A DNA stretch of 42,723 bases, taken from positions 1-42,723 of the forward strand of contig RBNJ01000085.1 of the NCBI GenBank assembly GCA_003990765.1, read 5' to 3'. Shown here in pieces: positions 26,101 to 37,597 of the stretch. The translations under genes were made by a program, and so were the position numbers. The DNA is from Jimgerdemannia flammicorona (Eukaryota). How positions within the stretch are numbered: position 1 is the first letter of the stretch; each line of letters begins with the position of its first letter. The notes beneath the pieces were generated by a model. That model ran no database searches and was not told the origin of the DNA. It saw only the letters and a list, made by a program, of their open reading frames with translations.

Positions 26101-28900
26101 AGATAGCAAAGAGAGGGCATTTCTTGGCTAATTTCTTGAGTTGTAGCTTATTGATATGGGTGATCTTTGGTCCAGAGTCACTGGAGTTGAGTGGGTCCTT
26201 TTTATCTTACAGTTTGAAGTTATAGCATCCTTTCTTAAGGGTTAGAGAATGGTTTACCCAATTGATCATGGGGTTCTCTAGTTTCAACCATGAGGTTTCA
26301 AGAATGATCTTGTTGTCAGAAAGTGGTACAATTTGGAGGGTAACATGTACTCAATAGTCACCAATTCAAAAGGGCAGATTGTGGACTTCCTTACTAATGA
26401 CATATGAGGTTCCATCAGCTGTGGCAACTGCTTGAGTTTGTTGTACCAGAGAGGTGAAGACCTTGAGTCTGTTGGCTGTTTCTTTATTAATGAAGTTGCC
26501 TGAGGCACCACTGTCTATCATAATCTTGACAGATACTCGGTTGACAAAAGCTTTAAGTGTAAGCAATTTATCTGATCCAATAGTGGTGATTTCAGTTGTA
26601 GGAGCTTTCCTTCTGTTGGTTCTTCTTTAAGTCAGTTCATTGATACAAGAGAAGCAATCATCGATCATTCGGGAAGAGTACATTCTAATGCCATGGGGGC
26701 ATCAGCAACTTGGTACATATCTATCTTTGATTTTCTTATAGAATTGTTCTTCTTTATTCATGGTAGATTGGGCTGGGGCCTTGTTTGATGAACCAAATCC
26801 TTTGGATCCTCAGATGGTAGGCAGTAGTTCAGGGACTTCCTTGACTGTCAGGTTTGACTCAATTTTTTCAAATAGGATCTGGGCAATACAGAAACCAATA
26901 GGAATCTTGAAGGGTGTCCAACTGTGATTTCAGATGAGAACAATAATTTCGCCTGTATAATCTTTGTCAATGACTCTTCCTTCTACTGAGAGTCCTTTCA
27001 ATGCTAGGCTGCTGTGACAGCATATTCTTCCAATATGTCCTTCAGGAATTTGGATACTGATTCCTATATAGACTTGCTTGACTTCTCAGTTGGAAACTGT
27101 AGCTTCTTCGGCTGCATACAGGTCATATCCAGCTGCTTTTTGACTTCCTTTGGTTGGGGCCTTAGCAGTTTGTCTTAACTTGACAAAGTCCAGTGTTCTG
27201 GTGGTCGGATTATTGAGATTGTGCAGAGTGGTAACAGTTGCTCATATTGCTGTTTAGGGTTTTTAGTTAGGGCAGACACTGGCCATGTGTCTTGTCTTTT
27301 GGCAATAGAAGCATACTCCACTTCTTCAAAGTTCATTTCTTTCACCTTTGGTGAGTTTTTTGAAGGTACTTGGCTGTGTGGGTTCATGATTTCTGAGTGT
27401 CCAAGAGGTGGATGTAGAGAGAGCTCGGGATGCTTCATGCTTAGGTTCTTCTTTCTTGGTCCAAGTCTTTTCCTTGTTATTGAATTGTCTTCAAGGCAGA
27501 ATTGGTCCAGCTATTAAGATTCACTTAACCATAGTCTTGATTCTTGCTAGGCACCATTGTTGGTGATCGCAACCAACTGGGCAGCCTTGTTCTCAGATTT
27601 TTCTAGTAAGCTATTCAGGCAGGGCATTGAATAGATGGTCTGCTCTTGTACCATTTCGTGCTTCATCATTGGTGATATATCTTAGGCCAACAGTGTTCAG
27701 GAGTGACTTGAGTTTTGTACAGAAGGTTTCGAATTCTTCTTTGCCATATATATCAAATTTGAGGTTGCAGAGTTTTACTCAAGATTCAGCAATTATGGTT
27801 TCACTGTAGTATTGAGCAATCATGAGTTGTTTCAGTCCAGGGGCTGCAGGATGGGCTCCATATCCTGGGACATTATTTGCTGTATTCTGAGCAACTACTG
27901 TAGATCAGGTGTCCCATGTGAGGGGTTTTTCAGGAAGGGTTCACCACCATTCTTTGGCAGGTCCTTGGAAGAATATAACAACTCGGCAGATGTAGGCTGT
28001 GGTGGTAGCAAAGAGTTGTTCTAGAGTGTGGTCTTGATTGTTTGTCAGAACACAGTCAGCAACTTACTCATTGGTCCATTGATTGGCTTCAAAGTTAGTG
28101 TCAACTACACTAATAAAGCTTTGGACTTCTTGTGTAGTACCATTGAAGGTAGGTAGGCTCAGATTTTTGGTAGGTCAGGTCTGTTCCACCAAGGCAGTAA
28201 TGGTTGCTGCCATTATTGCTACCTGGGCTATAAGGTCTAGAATCTGTTGGTTCACTATGTTGTTTACTAAAGGTGGTTGGACTGCTGGTAGTGGTGTTAC
28301 TGGTACTACTTGAGGTACTGGTGCAGAGTGTGAGGGTATTCTTTGGGTCTGTGTAAGTTGTTGGAGTAATAGTTATAGGTCTGGAGTAAGGCCTTGATAG
28401 ATAGCTGTCTGTTGCTGTATAGGTGTATTCTGTCCTAATGGAGGTACGTCTCCTTCGGTGGTGTATCCGGGATTGAATTCACTGAGATACTCCTCCTCCT
28501 CTTTGGTTTGGTCCTCATATAGTTGGATTTGCTCAGCATCGAAGTAGAAAGAGTCAGTTGTATATCTGATTTCAGAAGGACTTAATTCAAAGTCAAGTTC
28601 TGGTTTGGTATTGGTTTCAGATTCCAGTAGAGCAGTAGCAGGACCTACTTCTGATTCAGGGTTAGGTAGTTGATGAAGAGTTTCTCTTGCTTCTTCCTTA
28701 AGGATATACCAGGCCTTGCTGTTCTGGAATTGATAGTATAATGCGGTCTTGGTCCTGGTATGGTAAAAGTCAGTAGAGTTGAGCCACTTGGCTACAGAGG
28801 CTTGAGCTTCATGAGGAACTAAGGTTAGAAAGACTGCTGCTGGTTGTCCTAGGTCACTCAGATTTGTAGAGCTGACAAAACTCTTGTTGAGAAGAGTAAA
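23130..28900 (-). pseudogene. pol: D gag-pol remnant
   Basis: CFYCQKTRHMASVC knuckle; IDSGASGNFI protease; FGLTNAPATFQ and YIDNILVF RT; TNASDLALGAVL RNase H; IHPVFNIQRLK integrase end; EEYKVEQILNK...YLVK chromodomain. The gag start is approximate. Confidence 0.93.
26790..27185 (-). pseudogene. dut: dUTPase domain of D, between Zn knuckle and protease
   Basis: Manual translation gives AAGYDLYA...IGISIQIP...HSSLA...VIDKDYTGEI...IAQILF...*GSKGFGSS, covering motifs 1-5. Confidence 0.92.
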
Positions 28901-29220
28901 GAAGGCTGCTATAAGACCTTCTTCATCTTGACTTGCTGGGTATAGAGCAAGGAGTTCAGTGAATAGGGTTTCACCTATTTGCTTATTTAACTGGAGTATT
29001 TCTTTTTTTGAATGAAGTTTGTCCCACTTGTTGCAGGTGTAGAGATCAAATTGTCCTTGTACATCAGGTTCAATTCTCTCCAGATTGTCAGATGATTCAG
29101 GATAAATTCCAGTTCAGAGGTTGGGCTTTATACCAACTTGTAGGAATTTGCAAAAGGGTTTGTAGTGGGGTGAGGAAGCATCTTGAAGTGAAATTGGATT
29201 GTAAACCACTACTACTAAGT

Positions 29221-31283
29221 TGTAAGAGAGTTATTTTTTAGGGTAACCATTATGTAGTTCTGGAAGGGTTTTCTAGAAGTTCTGGATATTCTGGAAGACT
29301 GTTTTCTTATGGTCAAGATCAATTTCATATGGAGTATGTCCTCTATGCTTATTGATTTCAAGATCAGATTGACATCTCAACCAAAGTTCTTTTTCGGACT
29401 AGTTCTGGATGTTCAGGATTTTCTGTATTTCAGGAAGTTCAAGAAACTAAGACCAGCTTAGTTGAATTGGCATATCACTGCAGATAATACCCAATTAGGA
29501 AATTTCATGATAGGGTTAGGAGTGGGACCTAATAGGGAGCAGATTTACTTAAGAGTGGTTTGTGGGTTATTAAATAGGTTTATTCGCTATTCATGATATT
29601 GCTATACTAGGAGTAGTTGTGTGAAGGAATATTGTGGAGAAGTGCTCAGGAGTTGTGTTCAGATTGTTCAAGTCTGAGATTCTGAGGTCTGGGGGAGGGG
29701 GTATTTATACTAGTAGAGGGCTATCTGGACTATGCTAGATATGGGTATAGTACTAAGTATCTTGCTGAGTCAGAATATAGTCATGTAGTACAAGAGTGAT
29801 CTGACATGTCAAGAGATCATCTGACTGCTGAGTCAGTTCACAGTCATGTCATACAGGGCTAATATAACTATACTATGACTGCTAGACTATTTATAGGTTT
29901 AGATACTATCTGGGTAGTCTTCGATGACATCACCATCAATTGCATCATCTCTGATGAAGTAGTCATCTGAAAGAGTGGTTCATGGATTACTTCTTCTTAT
30001 TCACTGAGGTAATAATATATTGGAACTTCATCACTATCTCATAGGATAGCATCATCTGTCTCATATGCTGGATAAGGTATTGGGGGGTAAAGGAGTGGTG
30101 CATCATCTTCGCTTTCATCAGTTTCGCTATCTGCATATCTTCTATAGGTTATGGCACTGTGAGTCATAGGGTTGTAGTAAGCTGGTGGCTGTAGTTCATG
30201 TCACTTATACTCAGGTGGTAGAGTGGTTGGTTCAATCTCGAGGGTTGTCTGAAAGTATAAGTTGTGTTCTCTGGTCTCTTCATTGTAGTTGAAGTAATCA
30301 GGAGTGAACACAGATTGGTATTCATGCCAGTGGTCATTGTCCCAATAAGTCTCATATGCAGTTATGAACTATTGTAAGTTCATCAGTAAGGTTGGCAGTG
30401 TGATCAGGGTTGGCAGGGATCCTTGGCTTGAGGTCATGTCAGCATCAGAGGGATTATTGTCTTCTGCTTTGTCTTCATCAAATTGGATTATATCATACAC
30501 ATCCTTCATAGTGTATCCAACTTGAGGCATTTGCAGAATATGGTCATTAGGGTGTGGGAAGGTTCTGTCTGTGGTCTGGATGTATTCTAGGTACTTGTGG
30601 TTGAGTTCTTGGATCATATCATCGATTTGGCCATAGGACAGGGTAGCCACCATTTTGCTAGTAGTAACTTGGAGGTGAGGAATAAAAGTGCGGTACTCAT
30701 AAAAGAGTTCTCTGTGTTTGTGGGCAATGAGCTTCTGGTGTTGAGACATCTGGATAATATCTGTATTATAGTGGTGTTCAACCATGTCTTCTAGGAGGTG
30801 ACCGATTTGGTAGTAGCTTGAGATTTGTCCAATCCAGTGTGCCTCGTTAAGCATGTTCAGGGCATTCCATTGGGCTTCTATGAAGTAGAGGGGTGCTAGA
30901 CTATGGATATTCATGAGGGGCAGAGGGGGTGTGGCTCAGTTGACAATGGCATTCCAAATGTCAATGCAGATGTGGTTATAGATCTCGGTAGTCATATTTG
31001 TGTGTTTGGAAGTTGTGGTTGTTTTTTGTTTTGATTCTTTGTTTCAACACATCTCAGTGCTCAGTATATATGCATTTGGTCCTGATTGGTAAGATTCTGT
31101 TTATGTGAATCTTGTGTTCTGTGACTTTGTGTTGACTCAGCTTTGTATGCTGTGACTTCAGTTTGACTTAGCTTCGTAATCATACAGGTGATTTCCAGAT
31201 TTGTTCAGAGGTCACATGTGATTTTGGTAGCTTATTCGGAGGGTGATATGTGATTTCTGTGGCTTGGAGGTTGTGTGCTTACA
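29221..31283 (-). repeat. 5' LTR of D
   Basis: Direct repeat of 20636-22702. PBS-like site at 29206-29220. Confidence 0.95.
29883..30995 (-). pseudogene. Accessory ORF in the 5' LTR of D
   Basis: Includes ORF 30369-30914 (SSYYQIGHLL...IAHKHRELFYEYRTFIPHLQVTT). Upstream in-frame ATG at 30995. Acidic, Pro/Tyr-rich tail. Confidence 0.75.
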
Positions 31284-31644
31284 ATTACTGGTAGTGATCT
31301 AATGATATCTATTGTAATGTAGTGGAAGGAGATAGGCTCAATTCTTGATGACCTAGGTATCTGGTCTTGCTGATCTTGTTTCTGTTTTTGATACTTATCA
31401 CACCCTTTGACAAATTGGTACAGGTCTTCTTCCATCTTAGGCTACTACATGATTCTTCTTACTTTGTCATATATATTGATTTCTCCTAGATATTCTTGTT
31501 CATATACTTTCTTCATTACTTGATACTTCTTATATTCAGGTATTATGAGCTTTTCTCCTTTTCTGAGTGTGATATTATCTAGTTTAAATTGTTTCCAAGT
31601 CCAGTTGATAATAGTGATAGTTCAGGGTTTGAGATAGTTGAGCA

Positions 31645-34600
31645 AAACTTATATCAGTATATTGGTGGAGATTGGTCATCCTCATATAGAGCAGAGGGTC
31701 TATTATCAGACTAACTAACTGAGAGAGATTTGAACCCAGCTAGTAGCTTCATTTCAGTAGACTTCTTGTTCATTAAATGTTCTGTTGGTTCTGGGGTCCC
31801 AAAGTAAACTTCTGATGTATAAGGTACTAGTCATTGCTGTAGGTTGTTGACAATTCAAGAAAGTCACTATAGGGATTAGATAATATATTTTGCCTCAAAG
31901 TCTTGGACTAGATCTTGAGAGTTCTTGAGGTTGGCCAGTGGTTCCTAGGTAGTATTATATTCAAAGTAGCTCATCCACTTGACTAGGTATTTGGAATAGT
32001 GGTAGTGGATTTGTTTGTCAAGGATTTTCTCAGCTTTGTACTTAATATAGTCTTTAATAATCATAGGGGCAGATAGCTTAGAAATTCAACTAGAGTAGAG
32101 CAATAACTGATTCCAGATCTTGAGGTGGGACATATTAAAGACTAGGTATACTCTCATAGTTTCAAGTAGCTTGAGGCAGTAGGAGGATATAGAGACTTGT
32201 TCAGTAATCTTGAAAGGTCCAATATACTTAGGTTAGAACTTATTCAAAGGGCAGTTGACTTGAGATTATATCTTGAGATTCTTGGTAGACAGTAGGACTT
32301 GATCTTCAATAGTGTAAGTAACATCATGATATTTCTTATCAGCATACTTGGCTTGATACTATTGAGTCTTCTGAAGATTCATAGTAGCAATCTTAAGTAG
32401 TTTGTTCATTTTGTCTGTAAGGCTCTTGATAGTAGAGACTTGTATTTGACTGTTTTTCTTAAAAGAGAATAGACTTGTAGGGGTCTTGGAATCTTGACCA
32501 TAGAGTAACCAGAAAGGAAAAATACCAATAGATGATTGGATAGCATTGTTGTATATAAACTCCATATAAGTTAGATAGTGGTCTCAATCATCTTGCTTAT
32601 AAGAAATATAGTTTCTAAGTATTTATTCTAGAGTTCTGTTCATATACTCAGATTGTCCATCAGTTTGTAGGTGGAAGATGGTAGATATAGTCAATTGGGT
32701 TCCCAGGGTCTTGAAGAGAGTTTGCCAGAAGTAACTGGTGAACTTGGGTCATAATCACTGACAATTACTCATGATAGGTCATAGTGATGAAAAATAGACT
32801 TAAAGAAGATTCTTGTAATCTCAGATATAGTAGCATTAGTAGTGGTTGGTTTAGTAACCATAGTCTTGGTCAGGTAGTCAACGAATACAATACTAGCATT
32901 AGCACTAGATTGAGTTTATGGTAGTTGAGTTATAAAGTTTATGGTAACTTGCTTAAATTTCTTAGTAGAAATTGGTAGTAGTTATAGCAAACTGGCAGGT
33001 ACTTAATTAGTAGACTTGTTGTACTGATATAGATTACAGCTGGCAATATAGTTCTTGATTTTCTTGACCATGCTTCACCAATAGTAGTGGCATTGGATGT
33101 TCTTGACAGTTTTTTTGATTCCCAGGTGATCAGTGAGAGGGGAGTTATAGTGTTTTTATAAAATCTTATAGCATAGGTTTATGTTTTCAGGTAGATAAAC
33201 TTAATCTTGATGATAGATCAGATTATTCTTGACAGTATATATATCCTTGAGCTCATTTGAGAAAACTCTAATAGTAACTATGTCTTCTTTGTAAGCTTAT
33301 CTGATTTGGTCTAGGATTTCTGATACTAGGGTAATCTGTATGATTGTGGTAAGGTCTGGGTATCTTGATAAGGTATCTGGTACTACAAGTGTCTTATCAG
33401 GCTTATAGATAATCATCAGATTGAAGGTTTGAAGCTTGAGGCTCCACTTAGCTTATAGATGTGATAGAGTAGGTTGAGTGTTGATATACTTGAGGGATTG
33501 ATGATCAGTGATGACATCAAACTCAATATCTTCTAGGTAGCATTATCAGTGGTCTAGTATATGTATTATTGCCAGTAGTTTCTTCTTATAGATGGCTAGC
33601 TTTTTTTTAGCTGGAGCCAACTTATGGGACTCAAAAGTAATAGAACAATGTTTTTTGCTATCATCTTGTAACAAGACTGCTCCAATGGCAAAATTCAATA
33701 CATCAGTAGTGACTATGAATTTTAGGCCTTGATTTGCATTATATAAGACTGGAGCATAGGTCAGGCAGTTCTTGAGTTCTTGAAAGGCTTATTGACAGAA
33801 GAGGTCCCAGATATAGGATACATAGTGGTCTGAGTACAGGGCATTCCTCATGAGGTTAGTCAGTGGCTCAGTAATACCAGAGAAATTTCTAACAAAGTAG
33901 CAGTAGTAGCCAGCTAGACTAAGGAAGAATCAGAGTTCTGTAAGATTCAACAGAATAGACCATTCTTCAATTGCTTCTATCTTGTATGGGTCTACTTGAA
34001 TTCCTTGTACAGAGATAATGTAGCCAAGATATTTGACTTATTCTTTGAAGAATTTACACTTCTTGAGCTTGGCATAAAGCTTGTATTTTTACAGGATCTC
34101 CAAGACTATTTGAATGTATTTGAGATATTCTTCTTTAGTTATACTAAAGATTAGAATATTGTTAAAATATACCAATAGGAAGATAAATAGTTGGTCCTTA
34201 AATATCTTATTTATCAGGGTCTGGAATGTGGCAGGTGCATTGGTGAGATCAAATGCTAAGACTAGGAATTCATAGAGTTCAAAGAGGGTCATGAATGTAG
34301 TTTTGGGAATATCTTCTGGCTTGATTTAGATCTGGTGATATCCTGACATAAGGTCCAACTTGGTGAAGTACTTGGCATTCTTGAGAGCATCAAAGATTTG
34401 ATCAATTAAAGGTAGCAGATAGTGGTTCTTGACAGTAAGCTTGTTGAGTACATGATAGTCTATATATATTTACAGAGTATCATCCTTCTTCTTGATGCAT
34501 AAAACTGATGAGCCATAAGGAGATTTACTTGGCTGAATGGCTTCTTATACAAGTAGTTCTTCTAGTTTCTTCTTGACTGCTTCAATTTTGAGTAGTGACA

Positions 34601-36278
34601 TATAGGTCATGTATTTCTTAAGTGATACAGCTCCTAAGATCAGTTTGATTTCATGATCAACTTCTCATATAGGTGATAGACCAGGTAGCTTGTCTGGAAA
34701 GACATCCTTGAATTCTTCTAGTAGTAACTTGATGCTTTCATTGACTGATAGTCTCTTGTCTTATTTCTTAGAACAGACTATTATAATAAAGGTATGCATT
34801 ACCTTCTTAAGTACTCTCTTATACTATATAGCTGACAGTATTGTAATCTGAATCTTACTTATGGTCTTGTCTGTCTTGATAGTGATATTGGCTCTATCTT
34901 AAAGTAAGGTGACTTCATTCTTATACCAATTGATGTCTGGATTGTATTTCATAAGTCAGGGTTTTTCTAGGATCAGATTATGATCTCTTAGTGGTGCAAT
35001 CTTAAAGTCTACTCATTCTCAATATTTCTGGATCTTGATAGATAGTTTGGTAGTAATTGACTCAATGGGGTACAGTATACCATCTGTGGTGACTATACTG
35101 TTATTCTTGAGTACAGGCTTGGTAAGGATCTTGAGGCTTTCAATGAAGTTCTGATTAATGAAGTTCCTTGCAACTCTGCTGTCTATGAGTACTTGAACTT
35201 CTTTTTCTTTGACTAGGTCTTTGAAAATGAGCATAGCTTGAGCTTTATTTTCACTAAGACTTACTGCTTGATCAGTACTACCAAAATATTTTTGATCTCA
35301 TTTTTTAGGGAGTTCTTGGACTTCTATAATCTTGAGTTAACTGGCTTTTTCTAGGATCATTTGCATGACTCAGTCTCCTTCCTTGACTATATAGTCTTGA
35401 TTCTTCTAGTTGATAAGCAGAACTTAAACTTGTCCTTGAAAGTCTGGGTCAATGATATCAGTACCTACATCTAAATAATATTTGACACTGAGTCCTGATT
35501 ATAGTATAATTCTGACATAATGTCCTTCAGGACATTGAACTGTAATTCCAGTAGGCACCAGAGTTTGGCTCTTAGCTAGAATAGTGACTTGTTCGACAGA
35601 GTATAGGTTAAGACCAATGACTTCTTTTGTTTAATATTGAGAGACCTGGGTCTTTGAATGAAGCTTTTTGATCTTGAGCTTGGATTGACTAGTAGTGAAA
35701 TTGACAGATGTGTCTTTGAACAATATAGTGACTGGTCTTGAAGGTTCACTAGTCTTCTTAGGATATTTGATTGCAATATATCCTATTTGATAATAGAAGA
35801 AACAGGCTCCAGATTTCTTCAGGTGGTCCTTTTCTTCAGGAGTAAGCTTGGTGTTCTTTTTATTCATAGTGTCTAAGTCTATTGGTGCCAGGTCAACTAT
35901 TCTTAATTGGTTCTTATGATAGTTCTCAAAGTAGTTCTTCTTGCAGTATTCTGGTTCAAAGCAGTTGCCAAAGATGATGATATCAAACCTATCAGTAATT
36001 CTCATGACTTCATTAAGGTTTTTGAGCTCTTCTAGCTCAATCTTGACTATGTGTTTCCCTTCAGACCTCAGACATAGCAGTCTATCTTTTTATCCTCAGA
36101 TATTGCTGATAGCTTGAGTAGAATTGACAAGAATTATATATTATAGCTTTATATAGACTTGAGTTGCTTGATGTTTGCTAGCTTATCTCTGGCTAGCTTA
36201 GTAGTATTAGCAGGCTTGAACTGCTTATTATAGGCTCTCTTGAAAGCTTTCCAGTCTCTGAATCATATATATGAGTAT
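31645..36278 (-). mobile_element. Second A-family copy (A2), internal region only
   Basis: Collinear with about 1505-6140, with the same dUTPase, PR, RT, RH, IN and chromodomain. No 3' LTR. gag is cut at 36278 by E. Confidence 0.92.
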
Positions 36279-36591
36279 TGTCACATAGTGGTTGCTGAGT
36301 CCTTCAAATATGCCAGATTCTCTTCAAGGTGTATCTCTTAGACTAACTCAAGTTATTATAAGCAAGTTCTTATTGGAGTGCCTTCCCAAGGTCTTATAGT
36401 CCTCAAACTTCTTATCTTTAACTGTCTTGTTATCTCTTAGATTGCTTGTAAGGAAGTATGTGTAAGTGAAACTGGAACTGACTTTATTTAAGAGGAAATA
36501 AGAGGGGTATTTATACAAAATATAATTCAATGGTTGCTAAGATATAAAGCTAAATATAAAATTCCAATAACTAAAACTACTAAGTTCCAGA

Positions 36592-36755
36592 GCTGGCATT
36601 ATTTAGTATCACATCAAAATGCTGGTGCTGGCATTATCCAGTGTTACATAAGAATACTGGTGCTGGTATTATTTAGTATCACATCAAAATGCTGGTACTG
36701 GTATTATCTAGTGTTATATGAGAATACTGGTGCTGGCATTATCCAGTGTAACACA
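36592..36755. repeat. 35-bp tandem repeat, about 4.7 copies, with two alternating variants
   Basis: gctggcattatttagtatcacatcaaaatgctggt alternates with gctggcattatccagtgttacataagaatactggt. Confidence 0.9.
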
Positions 36756-36759
36756 GAAC

Positions 36760-37597
36760 TTAGAGCAGAAAGTTCAGAACCATGGGAGCTTCATCCTCAT
36801 CATCATCATCACTGAAGGAGATGAGATCCATGAATTTGTCATGTAGGTCACGTATTTTGCATTCTTCACATACTTTGGGTATATCACACAGGATGATGTC
36901 ATCGCCAATGACATTATCACATTCAGCTGTGGCAGGAAAATCAGGAACAAGACCTGGAGCTCTCCAGTCTATGAGGTTCTCTTTCACAAAGTAGGGAACA
37001 AATGTGGGGTCTTGGGGAGGTCTGATCTGGATGCTTGGGCCTTGGAATACTGAGATCAATCCTTGCAGAAATTGGTCTGAGTTGTCCTGAAGGATAGGTT
37101 GCCAGAAGTCTTCTACTTCTTCACTGTTGAGGGTGATAGTGGACCAGGCTTCTGTAGCCACCCTGGCTTCTAGTGCATTGATATGGTGGGATGATAGGTC
37201 TCTGAAGTCTGAGACTCTGACATACTCCAAGTTGGAGATCGACTATAGTGCATGTCTGAAGATCTGATGGATCTTCTTAGCTGTTCTTGTTTCATATATA
37301 TCCATGGAAGTGGCATCTTGTAGCTCTTGGGTGCTGGCTTGTGGAAACTCCCAGCAGAGGAGGTTTCCTATTTCATACTCCTGCCATATTTAGAGGCATT
37401 CGGTAGCAATAGTGATCCTTGTTTCCATTTCACAGCAGTAGAGAATGAAGTGATAAGGGTCTGCAATACCCAGGTTGACACTAGGAGTCCTTCTCGAGCA
37501 GGTTCTCATGGCTCTTCTGATGTCTTAGAATATCCTTTCCTCAACTGAAATACCTTGGTGATTCCTTGACCTTGAGGTTTGGCAGGCAGCAGTCATT
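36760..37597 (-). pseudogene. Accessory ORF in the LTR of E
   Basis: ORF 36760-37230 plus upstream sequence homologous to 18949-19797. Confidence 0.78.

Larger units (their letters stand above)
20636..31283 (-). mobile_element. Ty3/Gypsy chromovirus-like element D, full-length (10.6 kb) with ~2.06-kb LTRs
   Basis: LTRs tgtaag...cttaca at 20636-22702 and 29221-31283. TSD ATTAC at 20631-20635 and 31284-31288. PPT at 22703-22716. Order gag, knuckle, dUTPase, Cys module, PR, RT, RH, IN, chromodomain. Confidence 0.95.
16359..31640 (-). mobile_element. Ty3/Gypsy element C (E family), 3' part only: LTR plus integrase, split by a solo LTR and by element D
   Basis: 16359-18707, 20261-20635 and 31284-31640 are collinear with 36279-39333. 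PPT tcttcctcct at 17925. Confidence 0.88.

Noticed and set aside
36592-36755. CRISPR-like periodic repeat
   Set aside because: The intervening parts are themselves repeated (A/B alternation), there are no unique spacers or cas genes, and it lies inside an LTR.
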